Below, one piece after another: positions 29,566-39,512 of a stretch of 64,000 nt of DNA (positions are counted from its first letter, which is position 1; the number at the start of each line of letters is the position of its first letter). A program made the position numbers and the translations under genes. Under the pieces are notes generated by a model. It saw nothing but the letters and a program-made list of their open reading frames with translations. It searched no databases and was not told the origin of the DNA. Origin of the DNA: a bacterium (GTDB lineage: Bacteria > RBG-13-61-14 > DATKZS01); assembly GCA_963674965.2 (NCBI GenBank), contig CAXXFL010000007.1:256001-320000 (forward strand). Reading direction: 5' to 3'.

Positions 29566-30987
29566 TTGATAAAATTCAGCGAACGGCAACTGAAGACGCC
29601 GAGGTTCATGCGGCCGGTATACATGGTCACCGGCGGCATGAGCCAGTTTGGCCGCGCCTTCCCCGAGAAGCGCACGGAGGAGCTTTGCATCGACGCCCTG
29701 ACCATGGCGGCCGAGTTTATCGGCAAGAGCCCGGCCGAGCTTAAGCGTTACATCCACTCGTGCTATTACGGGCATTTCGCCGACCACTTCGGCGACCAGC
29801 TTCTCGGCGAGTCCGTCATCCACGACCGCCTCGGTCTCGATCCCCTCGGCAACGTGGGCGTTAAGACCGGCGGGGCCACCGGCGGCTCGACCATTTGGGA
29901 GGCGGCCAAGGCCGTGGCCTCCGGATATTCCGACTGCGCGCTGGCCATGGGATGGGAGAGGATGGACGAGGTCCCCACCGACGAGGGCAACCACCTCATC
30001 TCCTGCGCCGCCGACAAGGACTGGGAAACGCCGCTGGGTCACATTTACACCGGCTACTACGCCACCATGGCCCAGCGCTACTGGCAGATATTCGGCAAGA
30101 GCGAGGACTCCTTCCGCAACACCATGGCCGAGATATCGGTCAAGAACCACGGGTACGCCGTGAGCAACCCCTTTGCCCAGGCCCCCATGCGCATCACCGT
30201 CGAGGACGTGCTCAAGTCACCGGTGGTTGCCCATCCCCTCCTGGCCCTCGACGCCTGCCTCATGAGCGTGGGCGCGTCCTGCGTGATACTGGCGGACGAG
30301 AAGACGGCCCACGAGATGTGCGACAATCCTCTCCGCCTTTACGTGACCGCCGGCTCGCACACCCTGCGCGTGGCGGACAGGCGTCACATGGATATTCCTC
30401 TGCTGCCCAACGAGAGCGAGGACCAGTACAAGGACTTCGGCGAGCGTTTCCCCGGCGGCGACCGTTACCCGGGCTTCACCGGTTTCCTGGCGGCCCGGAT
30501 CGCGGCTTATTACGCCTACCGCATGTGCGGGATCAATGACCCCTGCGAGGACCTGGACCTGGTCGAGCTTCACGACGCCTTTACCATCTCGGACATCCAG
30601 ACCTACGAGGACATCGGGATCAGGCCCTACGGCGAGGGCAGGGACTACGTCGAGAGCGGGGACTGCTACCTTAAGGACCCCAAGACCGGGAAACCGGGAA
30701 GGCTCCCGTCCAACATCTCGGGCGGGCTGCTCGGGTGCATGCACGCCGTGGGCGCCACGGGCATCATGCAGGTGGTCGAGTGCGGCCTCCATATCTGGAA
30801 CCGGCACGCCGAGATACACGGCGACGAGGCCAGGTGGAAGTCCTTTGGCAAGGAAAAGCCGGGCGACTGGGAGGACCTTCAGGTGCCCGGCGCCAAGAGG
30901 GCCCTGGCCATCAGCCACGCGGGCGTCGGCTCCCACGTGACCTGCACCATCTTGATGGACCCGAACCATCTTTTAAAGGAGGACTGA
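29566..30987 (+). CDS. Thiolase-fold (SCP2-thiolase-like) protein
   Basis: RBS AAGGAGGT with TTG start; ELHDAF, NISGGLLGCMHAVGATG; canonical N-terminal Cys site reads KTGGATGG. Confidence 0.87.
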   Translation: MIKFSERQLKTPRFMRPVYMVTGGMSQFGRAFPEKRTEELCIDALTMAAEFIGKSPAELKRYIHSCYYGHFADHFGDQLLGESVIHDRLGLDPLGNVGVKTGGATGGSTIWEAAKAVASGYSDCALAMGWERMDEVPTDEGNHLISCAADKDWETPLGHIYTGYYATMAQRYWQIFGKSEDSFRNTMAEISVKNHGYAVSNPFAQAPMRITVEDVLKSPVVAHPLLALDACLMSVGASCVILADEKTAHEMCDNPLRLYVTAGSHTLRVADRRHMDIPLLPNESEDQYKDFGERFPGGDRYPGFTGFLAARIAAYYAYRMCGINDPCEDLDLVELHDAFTISDIQTYEDIGIRPYGEGRDYVESGDCYLKDPKTGKPGRLPSNISGGLLGCMHAVGATGIMQVVECGLHIWNRHAEIHGDEARWKSFGKEKPGDWEDLQVPGAKRALAISHAGVGSHVTCTILMDPNHLLKED

Positions 30988-30988
30988 G

Positions 30989-31570
30989 ATGAGCGACAAA
31001 CCCGAGGTATGGGTGGAGAAAAACGCTTACCGGATCAAGGGCGACTTCCACGTTATCCAGCCCAACCAGCCCATCCGGAAGGGCGACAAGCTCTGCGGGG
31101 TCACCAACCCCAGGCAGATGACCTATATTCACAGCTACGGCGGCGAGTACGAGTTCTTCGACGGAGTGGCGAAGGGAAAGCTCCTGGCCACGCGCTGCGA
31201 CAACGACGCCTGCGAGTTCAAGGGGACCGTCCATCTTCCCTTCCGTATTCATTGCCCCGACTGCCTTAAAAAGATGACGACGATCGACGTGACCGACGCG
31301 GCCAGGAAGACGGCCAGGATTTATTCCTATATCATCACCTCGCGCACTGGGGCCTTCAACACCCTGGACAAGCCCATCAAGTTCATCGACGTCGAGATCG
31401 ACGGCGTGGCCACCATGATAAAAAGCTACATGCTGGCGGGCGAGCCGGCCATCGGCGTCAGGCTGGTTCCCATCTTCAGGACCAAGGACCCGACCTATAC
31501 CATTACCGACCTGGCCTGGGTGGCGGAGGGGACGGGCGAAAAAGACCTGCCCAAAGGCTTTACCTTTTAG
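30989..31570 (+). CDS. DUF35-type Zn-ribbon / OB-fold protein
   Basis: FFDGVAKGKLLATRC....C...P.RIHCPDC; directly after the thiolase-like gene. Confidence 0.85.
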   Translation: MSDKPEVWVEKNAYRIKGDFHVIQPNQPIRKGDKLCGVTNPRQMTYIHSYGGEYEFFDGVAKGKLLATRCDNDACEFKGTVHLPFRIHCPDCLKKMTTIDVTDAARKTARIYSYIITSRTGAFNTLDKPIKFIDVEIDGVATMIKSYMLAGEPAIGVRLVPIFRTKDPTYTITDLAWVAEGTGEKDLPKGFTF

Positions 31571-31590
31571 CTTGTAAACCTTGTTCGGAC

Positions 31591-31628
31591 AACGGCGCCG
31601 CGGGGTATCTCCTCGCGGCGCCGTTTTA
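31591..31628 (+). terminator. Intrinsic terminator between convergent operons
   Basis: AACGGCGCCGCG...CGCGGCGCCGTT inverted repeat followed by TTATCTTT. Confidence 0.75.
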
Positions 31629-31634
31629 TCTTTG

Positions 31635-33323
31635 TCATCCCCGCCTTTGGCGCCGCTTGAAAAGCCATAGAGAGAATATCAAGGTCAGGGCCGCGAATAC
31701 CCACCAGAAAATAAATATCGGTAACCATTCATCCTCGAACCCCCCATATCGGGCGTAATGGTCGAAATTTAACACGAAGCCCAGAATTGGAGATAAAGCC
31801 TGCTGCCAGTCGTCCTGGGTATTAAGAATGTCAAGCTCATCCAAAAGCGCCATACCCAGGGACAGGCCGATGAAAATAATCAAGTTTATCGCGTAGCTTA
31901 AAATCATGGATACGTTTGATTTTCTGGAAACGATGGATGAGAACAGTCCCACCGCCGAGGTGAGGGCCACGCATAAAGCGAGGGTCCCAAGGAAGGAAAC
32001 GGCAAACACGGCCGTTCTCTTGGGTTCCCAGGACATGAAAAATATCAGAAAGGGAGCGCTTGAAAGCACGGCTGCCAAAACTATCGGCGCGGTGGACGTA
32101 AGGCCCGACAGGTACTTGCCGAGAAGAATCTGGCGCGGCGTGAGAAGCGTGCTTCGAAGAAGGTCCATGGAATCGGAGTCGTACTCCCTGCCAAAGGACC
32201 AAGCCAAAATGGCCGGGCAAAGAAGGGTAACGAAACAAAGCTGTAGTATCACGGAAGATATCAGGGACACGGCGTATCTTGTATAGTAGTTGAAAGTACC
32301 GTCAAACATAAGTACGCCAGGGAACAGCATGAATAGAAGAGTAGCCGCGTAAAGGACGCGTATGGACCAGTCGCTTTTACCCAATGCCCCCCATTGCAGT
32401 TCCCGGACCAGGATGGGGTTTCGGCCCGCGGGTATGGGTTTTTTCCTGCGCATGGGGTCGATAAGGTAGAAGGGAAAGGACCACCGCCGCCGGGCCAGGA
32501 CTTGCTCGTCGTCCGTCACCTTGGTCTCGCGTTTTTGCTCCGGCCGCGCCCTCTTGTCGAGGGCCCAACGGGCCGCGCCGAAACAGGCGGCCCAGAAAAG
32601 GGCCTGCCATAAGAGGTTGGCGGCCAGCTTGTCGAGCACCTCGCTCAAGGAGGCCTGAAGGGCTAGAAAGGGAGAGGTGGCGACGAAAAGGTCTTTCAAA
32701 TCTCGGCTCAGTCCATACACGTCCACCAGCTCGGTCGCGATGGCAAGGCCCCCCCACGGGACGCCCAGGGGAACGAGCATAAGAACATAGGAGGCCAGTA
32801 TGGCGACCAGGCCCCTCCGGAAAAGAGTCGAGCACAGAATGCCGCTCAGGGCGCAGGACACGGAAAATGCCATGACCGTAAGAAAGCGGAAAACCAGCTC
32901 GGACGGCTCGATCCCCACCAGGAATATCGCCGAGGCCGCGATGGGAATAACGGCGACAAGGACCATGAGGAATATCGCCGCGGCGCTTACGAGCTTGGAA
33001 AACAAAAGTTCGCTCCCGCCGATCAAGGTCAGCCGCAGCATCTCGAAGGTCCCTCTTTCCTTTTCCAGTACCACGGACCCTCCCGCTATGCCGGGCAAGA
33101 TCGCGGCGGCGCATAAGATGAAGATCAACATGAACCCAAACATCAGCTTCGAGGAAACCGTGGCCGACTGCTGGAGCAGAACGTCGCTTGACGGCCAGGC
33201 CCCCCATACCAGCAAAACCGAAGCTGCCGCGGAGAAAAAAGGAAGCAGGAACATTTTCCAGTCGCGCAGGCCGCTGACGAGTTCCTTCTTAATAAGGGCC
33301 GAGGCCGGGAAAGTAAGGCTCAA
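31635..33323 (-). CDS. ABC-2-type transporter permease, internally duplicated (paralogue 3)
   Basis: Two halves each with an E(K/Y)xxx(T/S)xx(M/L)LR.T motif and KL/KY; linker FPFYLIDP..K; NPILVREL; many TM helices. Confidence 0.82.
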   Translation of the reverse strand: MSLTFPASALIKKELVSGLRDWKMFLLPFFSAAASVLLVWGAWPSSDVLLQQSATVSSKLMFGFMLIFILCAAAILPGIAGGSVVLEKERGTFEMLRLTLIGGSELLFSKLVSAAAIFLMVLVAVIPIAASAIFLVGIEPSELVFRFLTVMAFSVSCALSGILCSTLFRRGLVAILASYVLMLVPLGVPWGGLAIATELVDVYGLSRDLKDLFVATSPFLALQASLSEVLDKLAANLLWQALFWAACFGAARWALDKRARPEQKRETKVTDDEQVLARRRWSFPFYLIDPMRRKKPIPAGRNPILVRELQWGALGKSDWSIRVLYAATLLFMLFPGVLMFDGTFNYYTRYAVSLISSVILQLCFVTLLCPAILAWSFGREYDSDSMDLLRSTLLTPRQILLGKYLSGLTSTAPIVLAAVLSSAPFLIFFMSWEPKRTAVFAVSFLGTLALCVALTSAVGLFSSIVSRKSNVSMILSYAINLIIFIGLSLGMALLDELDILNTQDDWQQALSPILGFVLNFDHYARYGGFEDEWLPIFIFWWVFAALTLIFSLWLFKRRQRRG

Positions 33324-34996
33324 GTATTTTGTCCTCCTCGAAGCCCCTGGGTGGAAACCCGGGCCAGCCTTCGCGTTGTCCGCCAGAAAAAGGCCAGGCC
33401 AAGGAGAGCGAAAGAAACCTGGCTGATCCAGAATAGAACGTGCTCGCCTAATTTGGGTCTCGGGTCATAGGCGATAATGGCGAATGAAACGATGGGCGAG
33501 AAAACCGAGTAGGACTTGCCGGGCTGTCCGTGTCCCATCCAGGACAGGAGAACTATAACAAACAACATCAAGCCTATCAGCGCTCCCGCCCCCAGGAGCA
33601 TGGACTTGGCCGCGGCGCTGGTGGTCTTCTCCGACCGGAGCGAGGCGTAGAGGGAGACGTTCGAGACCAGGAACACGCACACGGCCATGGTCACGTATCC
33701 GCGAATGGCCTGGAGCCAGCCCTCGAGGTCCATGCCGACGGCGATGACGCCGGGAACGGTCAGCACGACGACCAGGAGCACCCCCGGCGCTATGGCCGCG
33801 AGCGAGGCCAGGAGCTTTCCCCTTACGATCTCGTAGGGGGGCATGGCCGTCATTATCAGCATCTCCAATGTTTCCGATTCCCGCTCCCGGGCGAAAAGGC
33901 CGGCCGTATAGGTCGGTATCATAAGACAAAGGGCGATGATGAAGATCAGCGTCATGGTGGAGCAGAAATTACTCAAGTCCTCCTGGTCGGCCGGAGAAAA
34001 CGAGACCATGACCCCGACGATCGCCGCAGGCACGAGGAGAAAGAAGACCGGATAAAACGACCTTATGTATGAGGTCGCGTTTCCCATGATGGTCCAGCGC
34101 AGGTCCCTCTCCAGGACCGGGTTGAAGCGGTCGCCGAACCCTCTTTTCTTTTTCCTCGGATCGACCAGATAATACGGCGCCCTCCTTCGCCTCGTCTTCA
34201 GTTCCGGGCCGGATACCGCCGGGGAGTGAGCCGCCGCCTCGGGACTGGGAGAGCGGCGAAGCTTCAAGACCGAGGCATAAAATAACGCGAGAAGGAAAAG
34301 GACCTCCACCGCGAAATATAACCAGTTCTTTCCCGGAACGAACCTGGTTGAATAGATTATTGGAAAGTAAAAAGGCGATGGGATCAAAATTCCCAGGGCC
34401 CTTATCAACATGGGGACCAGGACCGCCCATAAGATGGCCAATCCATAAGCGTTGGACGTGGCCCTCGTAAGCGACTTGGCGTAACACGAGGAAAAGATGC
34501 CCATCAGGGTTATGGCCAAAGCGGCGTGGACCAGCGACATAATAATCATCATGAAGACGGTCAAATCCACCCCCACCAGGAAGAAGACCACGGCGAAAAA
34601 GGGAAGCACGGCGATGAAGATCAAAAGGAAGATTCCCATCGACGCGGCGGCTTTTCTTAAAATGAGCATGGAGGGAGACGCGAGGGTGAGAAAGGTCATA
34701 TCGAAGGTGCCCCTCTGCTTCTCTCCAATAATCGCGCCGGCCGAGACGCCGGGAAGCACTAGAAAAATGGCCGCCAGGACGAAGTAGTAGGTCATGGACA
34801 TGATGGTGTTGGACAGGCGGTCGGCCTCCAGGAGCAGGTTCCGATAAGCGGGCCAGGACTCGTATACCATCCAAAGCAGGAGAAGGGGCGGAAATGCCGC
34901 GTATAAAAACGAGCGCTTGCGCCTAAGCGCCAGAAGGAACTCGTAGCGCGTAAGCGCGGCCAAGCTGGACAGCGAGTCCGCCAAGGAGGCTAACAT
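33320..34996 (-). CDS. ABC-2-type transporter permease, internally duplicated (paralogue 2)
   Basis: EKQRGTFDM..LT and ERESETLEML..T; linker PYYLVDPRKK; NPVLERDL. Confidence 0.82.
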   Translation of the reverse strand: MLASLADSLSSLAALTRYEFLLALRRKRSFLYAAFPPLLLLWMVYESWPAYRNLLLEADRLSNTIMSMTYYFVLAAIFLVLPGVSAGAIIGEKQRGTFDMTFLTLASPSMLILRKAAASMGIFLLIFIAVLPFFAVVFFLVGVDLTVFMMIIMSLVHAALAITLMGIFSSCYAKSLTRATSNAYGLAILWAVLVPMLIRALGILIPSPFYFPIIYSTRFVPGKNWLYFAVEVLFLLALFYASVLKLRRSPSPEAAAHSPAVSGPELKTRRRRAPYYLVDPRKKKRGFGDRFNPVLERDLRWTIMGNATSYIRSFYPVFFLLVPAAIVGVMVSFSPADQEDLSNFCSTMTLIFIIALCLMIPTYTAGLFARERESETLEMLIMTAMPPYEIVRGKLLASLAAIAPGVLLVVVLTVPGVIAVGMDLEGWLQAIRGYVTMAVCVFLVSNVSLYASLRSEKTTSAAAKSMLLGAGALIGLMLFVIVLLSWMGHGQPGKSYSVFSPIVSFAIIAYDPRPKLGEHVLFWISQVSFALLGLAFFWRTTRRLARVSTQGLRGGQNT

Positions 34997-35999
34997 GTGC
35001 TTACTCCCCTTCCCCGGGCTTTCCTCATCCGGGAAAAGACTTCTTTGCCGATCCGACCCAAATCTTTCGACTGGTCTTCCATCGACTTGGCCAGCGCGCG
35101 GGAGGAAAGGCGGTTCAGAAAGATACCCATAACGATGAAAGCCGCCATGCCGTTGGCCGCGATAATCGCGGTGAGCAAAAGCTCATTGGATGGACTTTGT
35201 AAAATTGTATAAACATTCAGGATCGGCGAATAGCACATCACCGCTTCTCCCAGGTTTTCCAGGTAATCCTGATCTTTGGGCAGGAGTTGGACCTCGGCTA
35301 AAATGTCAATAATCGTTAGGCCCAGCAGGCCGAAAAGCAAAGGAAGTTTACTCAGTGCAACCCCCGCGATCAACGCGCTTCCGATTTTCCTGGAAATGAT
35401 CGAGACGTACACGCATATCGAGGCGACCAGATAGGAGCCGGTGATAAAACTCGCGATGACCATAATGACTTTCAGCCAGATTATATAACCGAACCCGACG
35501 TATGCCGTTACGGCGATGATAAACATGGCGCTGGACAGGGCTATCGGCGCGGTGGCAGCAAGTGACGCCGCGATTTTTCCCCGGACGATCTCGGACGCGG
35601 TCATGCCCGTCATCCTCAGGAAGTCCAGACAATCCCGCTCCCTCTCGGAGGCCACCGAGTAGGCGGCTAAAACGGGCAGTACCAAGCCGCCAATTATGAC
35701 GACTTGAATTATTACGAAGTTGTCGAAAAAGCGCCCCCAGAAATAAACCCCTGAAATGGAGAAATCCCCCGTAATTAAGAATACTAGAAACAATAGGAAC
35801 GCAAAGTTAGTCAAAGTCGCGCCCGAAAACAACAGGAGCAGCTTGAGCGCTCCGCTTATGCCCCACTCTAAATCCTTCAAAATAACGGGATTAACTCCAT
35901 CCATATATGAAGACCGCCTTCCTCTCCAGGACCAAAGCCTCCCCGAGAGTCCTCGCGCTCCCTCTTTTTTCTTCAGGCCAATCGCTCCCATTTTAACTA
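34990..35999 (-). pseudogene. C-terminal half of IS-interrupted ABC-2 permease (paralogue 1)
   Basis: NPVILKDL, ERERDCLDFLRMT, IVRGK; rejoins 37764-38580 in frame once the IS and one target copy are removed. Confidence 0.85.
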
Positions 36000-37763
36000 G
36001 TTCCAGTTGCGTAACTAGAAAAAGCCAATAAAAACAATGTGCTGTAAGCATTTTTCGCTTCCCTTTTTGGTCTTGTTATGATACAATAACTCCTTGAAAA
36101 ATCAAGGATTGACTTGCCGGGATGCTGTGAAGGGGGCGAAAAATGCGACCGAAAATTAAAATGCAAATGACCATTGAAGACCACGAATTTTTGAAAGCGG
36201 GCCATCTTTTCAAACAAGACACTGAGCTTGAGAAGATGAGCATAGCGCTCGACGAGGCCAAGGAAATTCTGGAAGCTGTTGCCGATGATCTCCAAAGCGG
36301 ACTCAAGGAGACCGGCGCCGAGGGGATGAGCGTCGAGCAGGTCCTTAGGAGCGCGGTCATCTATCAACTCAAGTGTTATTCCTACCGGGAACTCGGCGAC
36401 CGCCTCGGTTCCGATTACAATTTCCGCAAGTTCACCAGGTTCTTCGGGCGGGACATTCCCCATTTCAGCAGCCTGGAGCGGGCGATAAAACGCATCCGCC
36501 CCGAGACCTGGGAGCGGATCAACGAAATGCTCGTGGCCCTGGCCATTAAAAAAAAAGTAGAAGACGGCGAGGCGGTCCGCGCTGACACCGCGGTGGCCGA
36601 GGCCAACATCCACTATCCGACCGACGCTTCGCTTCTTTTTGACAGCATCCGTGTATTGGACCGGTTGATGAAAGGAGCGCGGAAGGAGCTGCCGGGTCTC
36701 GGGTTCGAATATCATGACCGGACTCGGCGGGCCAAGAAGCGCGCTTACCAGATCGCCATGGGCAAAGGCAAAGGGATCGAGAAGAAACGGGCGGTCTGGT
36801 ACCGGGACCTTCTCAAGGTTTCGGCGGAAATCTTGGCCATGGCCCGCTCGGCGCGGGAGGCGCTGGACGAGGCCCTTAAAGGCGGAGAGCTTTATTTCAG
36901 CGATGCGGGCCTGGCAACCATGATCAAGAGCGAACTCGATCATTACCTGCCGCTTTCTGAGCAGTGCGTCGAGCAGTGCGAGCGGCGGGTTATAAAAGGC
37001 GAGAAGGTTCCCGCGCAAGAGAAGGTGGTTTCCGTTTTCGAGCCGCACGTTGATATCATCCGGAGAGGCAAGACCATGAGCCCGACCGAGTTCGGTCACA
37101 AGGTGATGGCGGCGACGGGAAGGTCGGGGATTGTGCTTCAATATAAAGTGTGCGAGGGCAACCCTTCCGACGCCGACCTTTTCGAGGACATTTTGCAAAA
37201 ACACGTCCGCCTGTTCGGCAAGGCTCCACGCGAGTTTACCGGCGACCGCCGCTTCTATCATGAGGACAATGAGAAGCTTGCGACCGAAGGTCCTTATTAT
37301 ATCGAGCGCCTGGCCATTCCCAAGCCCGGCAAAAGGAGTTCGGAGCGGATCGAGCACGAGCGTCAGCGCTGGTTCAAGAAGCTTCTTCGCTTCCGGGCCG
37401 GGATCGAGGGCGGCCTTTCCGCCCTTCTTCGCGGCTTCGGTCTGAGCCGATGCCTGTGGAGAGGTTTCGAGAGCTTCAAGTCCTGGGTGGGTCTTTCGTT
37501 CTTTGCCTGGAACCTTCGAAAACTCGCGCTGCTGACTTAGCCGCCGCCGGGCGCGCCCCTGTGGGGGCAATGAAAAACGGAAATGAAAAACAGCAAAAGG
37601 AGAGGTGTTTTTTGAAAGGATAGAAAAGGGCCGGCTCAGGCATTCAACTCGCCTGAAAGCGTTAAAATCTTTTCCGTCCTTTATGGACGCCCTGAAAATC
37701 TGCATGTCCATATCCTCTCCGCACCGCATAATGAAAGCCATTAAGCAGTTGTGCAACAGAAAC
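36000..37763 (+). mobile_element. Insertion sequence, IS5/ISNCY-like, 1764 bp
   Basis: Imperfect 17-bp terminal IRs GTTCCAGTTGCGTAACT (36000-36016) and AGTTGTGCAACAGAAAC (37747-37763), 13/17 match; 6-bp target duplication TAACTA at 35994-35999 and 37764-37769. Confidence 0.9.
36143..37540 (+). CDS. DDE transposase (IS5/ISNCY-like)
   Basis: RADTAVAEANIHYPTDASLL, EKVVSVFEPH, TEFGHKV, GNPSD, GDRRF, RAGIEGGLS, WNL. Confidence 0.93.
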   Translation: MRPKIKMQMTIEDHEFLKAGHLFKQDTELEKMSIALDEAKEILEAVADDLQSGLKETGAEGMSVEQVLRSAVIYQLKCYSYRELGDRLGSDYNFRKFTRFFGRDIPHFSSLERAIKRIRPETWERINEMLVALAIKKKVEDGEAVRADTAVAEANIHYPTDASLLFDSIRVLDRLMKGARKELPGLGFEYHDRTRRAKKRAYQIAMGKGKGIEKKRAVWYRDLLKVSAEILAMARSAREALDEALKGGELYFSDAGLATMIKSELDHYLPLSEQCVEQCERRVIKGEKVPAQEKVVSVFEPHVDIIRRGKTMSPTEFGHKVMAATGRSGIVLQYKVCEGNPSDADLFEDILQKHVRLFGKAPREFTGDRRFYHEDNEKLATEGPYYIERLAIPKPGKRSSERIEHERQRWFKKLLRFRAGIEGGLSALLRGFGLSRCLWRGFESFKSWVGLSFFAWNLRKLALLT

Positions 37764-38580
37764 TAACTAGTCCATGTCCGACCCTGTCCGCGCGGCGAAG
37801 GCCCATGATGGCGATAAAGAAAAATACCGCCGACGTCATGGACAAATAAGCGAGCTGAGCCGCCCATAAATGCCAGTCGCTAAAATAATGGCGCGGCCAT
37901 GTAAATATAATTTTTAAGGGGAAATAAGCGGATTCGATTAAAAACGTCGCTACGTCTGATTTTCCGCTCCCTATAAGTAAAAGATGGAAAAGGAGCGGGG
38001 TGACGCCCCATATTATTAGTATTAATATATATGACATTATGATAGCATAAACCGGCGACTTGGAAAGGCTTGAAACCCCGAGGCCTATGGCCGAAAAGTT
38101 TCCGGCGAAAAACAGAAGAATAATAGGGACCCGCCAAAGCTCGAGGCCCTGAAAGCCGACCAGGAAAAAGCCGACCGACATGGCCGGCAGGCACAGGATG
38201 ATTAAAAATACGCAAACCATGAGGATTGATAAAGTCTTCTTTACGACGTATCCGGTGGGCGTAATCAGGCTCACCCTGACCATGTCAAGGGACCCCGATC
38301 GCCTCTCGCCGGCGATGGCCTCGGCCGAGAGGGGCGGAACGAGAAAAAACATGATCAGGGCAAGAAATGACAAGGTCATTTCCATTAAGGCGTCCGATAC
38401 ATCAGCGGCCTCTTTATAACTCATAAAGCGGCCCTCAATAAAAAACGATAAAACAAGCGTGAGGCCCGCCGCCAGAAGAATCATTAAAGCCGTTACCTTT
38501 TCTTCCCGCAGCCTGGCCCCCAGCTCCAGGTGGACAAGATCGAGCGCGTTACGGACGCTTTCCTTAAGCCTCGAATTCAA
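37764..38580 (-). pseudogene. N-terminal half of IS-interrupted ABC-2 permease (paralogue 1)
   Basis: IAGERRSGSLDMVRVSLITP, FFLVG shared with the paralogues; now reads into the IS end and stops at 37741. Confidence 0.85.
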
Positions 38581-39512
38581 TTCCCGTAATCTCCATTGGT
38601 GACGTGCATGAAAACGTCCTCCAGGCTTCCCTTGATCTCCTCCAGGAAGAGGACCTTCACGCCCGACTCGACCAGGCGAGTCAAAAGCCCGGAAATTTCA
38701 ATTGCCCCCATGTTGGTCTGGATATGGAACTCGTCGCCCGACCGGGTGAAGTCCTCGATCGCCGGGTCCTCTTCCAGGGCCTTCTCGGCCAGGTCCGCGC
38801 CCTCGATCACCTCGAGCCGCAGGTCCCGGGCCTTGCGGATTTGATGGAGAATCTCCCGGTACTCGCCCTGGGCCAGCATCTTTCCGTCCGAGATAATGCC
38901 GATCTTGTTGCACATGTCTCCCAACTCGGAAAGGATGTGCGAGGATATCAAGATGGTCTTGCCCATTTCCTGGAGCGTCTTAATAAGCTCCTTGAACTCG
39001 GCCCTGGCCCTGGGATCAAGGCCGCTGGCCGGCTCGTCCAAAAGCAGCACCTTGGGGTCGTGAATAAGGGTCTTGGCCAGGCAACACCTTTGCTTCATGC
39101 CCCGGGAAAAGGCGCTCACGAAAAGGTCGGCCTTGCCGGCAAGGTCCGTCAGGGTTAGCACGTCGTCGATGATGGCCCGCCTTTTCTTAAGAGGAATCTT
39201 ATAGGCCGCGCCGAAAAAATCGAGGTACTCGCGAAGTCTCATCCCCTCGTAAACGCCGAATGAGTCGGGCATGAACCCCACCCGCTTCTTGATCTCGTAG
39301 GGTTCCTCAACCACGTTGATGCCGTCGATGAAAGCCGCGCCCGAGCTGGGCTCGAGAAGCGTGGCCAGGACGCGGATGGTCGTGGTCTTGCCCGCGCCGT
39401 TGGGGCCGATGAATCCGTAGACGTCGCCCTCCTCGATCAGGACGTCGATGCCGCTCAAGGCCTGAAACTCCTTGAACTTCCGAGTAAGCCCCTGGGTCTT
39501 GATCATTTCCAT
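38577..39512 (-). CDS. ABC transporter ATP-binding protein (ABC-2 type)
   Basis: GPNGAGKTT, FSRGMKQR, LLLDEPASGLDP, ISSH; start 39512 or 39521. Confidence 0.95.
   Translation of the reverse strand: MEMIKTQGLTRKFKEFQALSGIDVLIEEGDVYGFIGPNGAGKTTTIRVLATLLEPSSGAAFIDGINVVEEPYEIKKRVGFMPDSFGVYEGMRLREYLDFFGAAYKIPLKKRRAIIDDVLTLTDLAGKADLFVSAFSRGMKQRCCLAKTLIHDPKVLLLDEPASGLDPRARAEFKELIKTLQEMGKTILISSHILSELGDMCNKIGIISDGKMLAQGEYREILHQIRKARDLRLEVIEGADLAEKALEEDPAIEDFTRSGDEFHIQTNMGAIEISGLLTRLVESGVKVLFLEEIKGSLEDVFMHVTNGDYGN

Noticed and set aside
35993-37756. 587-aa antisense ORF spanning almost the whole IS
   Set aside because: Codon-in-register with the transposase and out of frame with the interrupted permease, so it cannot rescue that gene; most likely a shadow ORF
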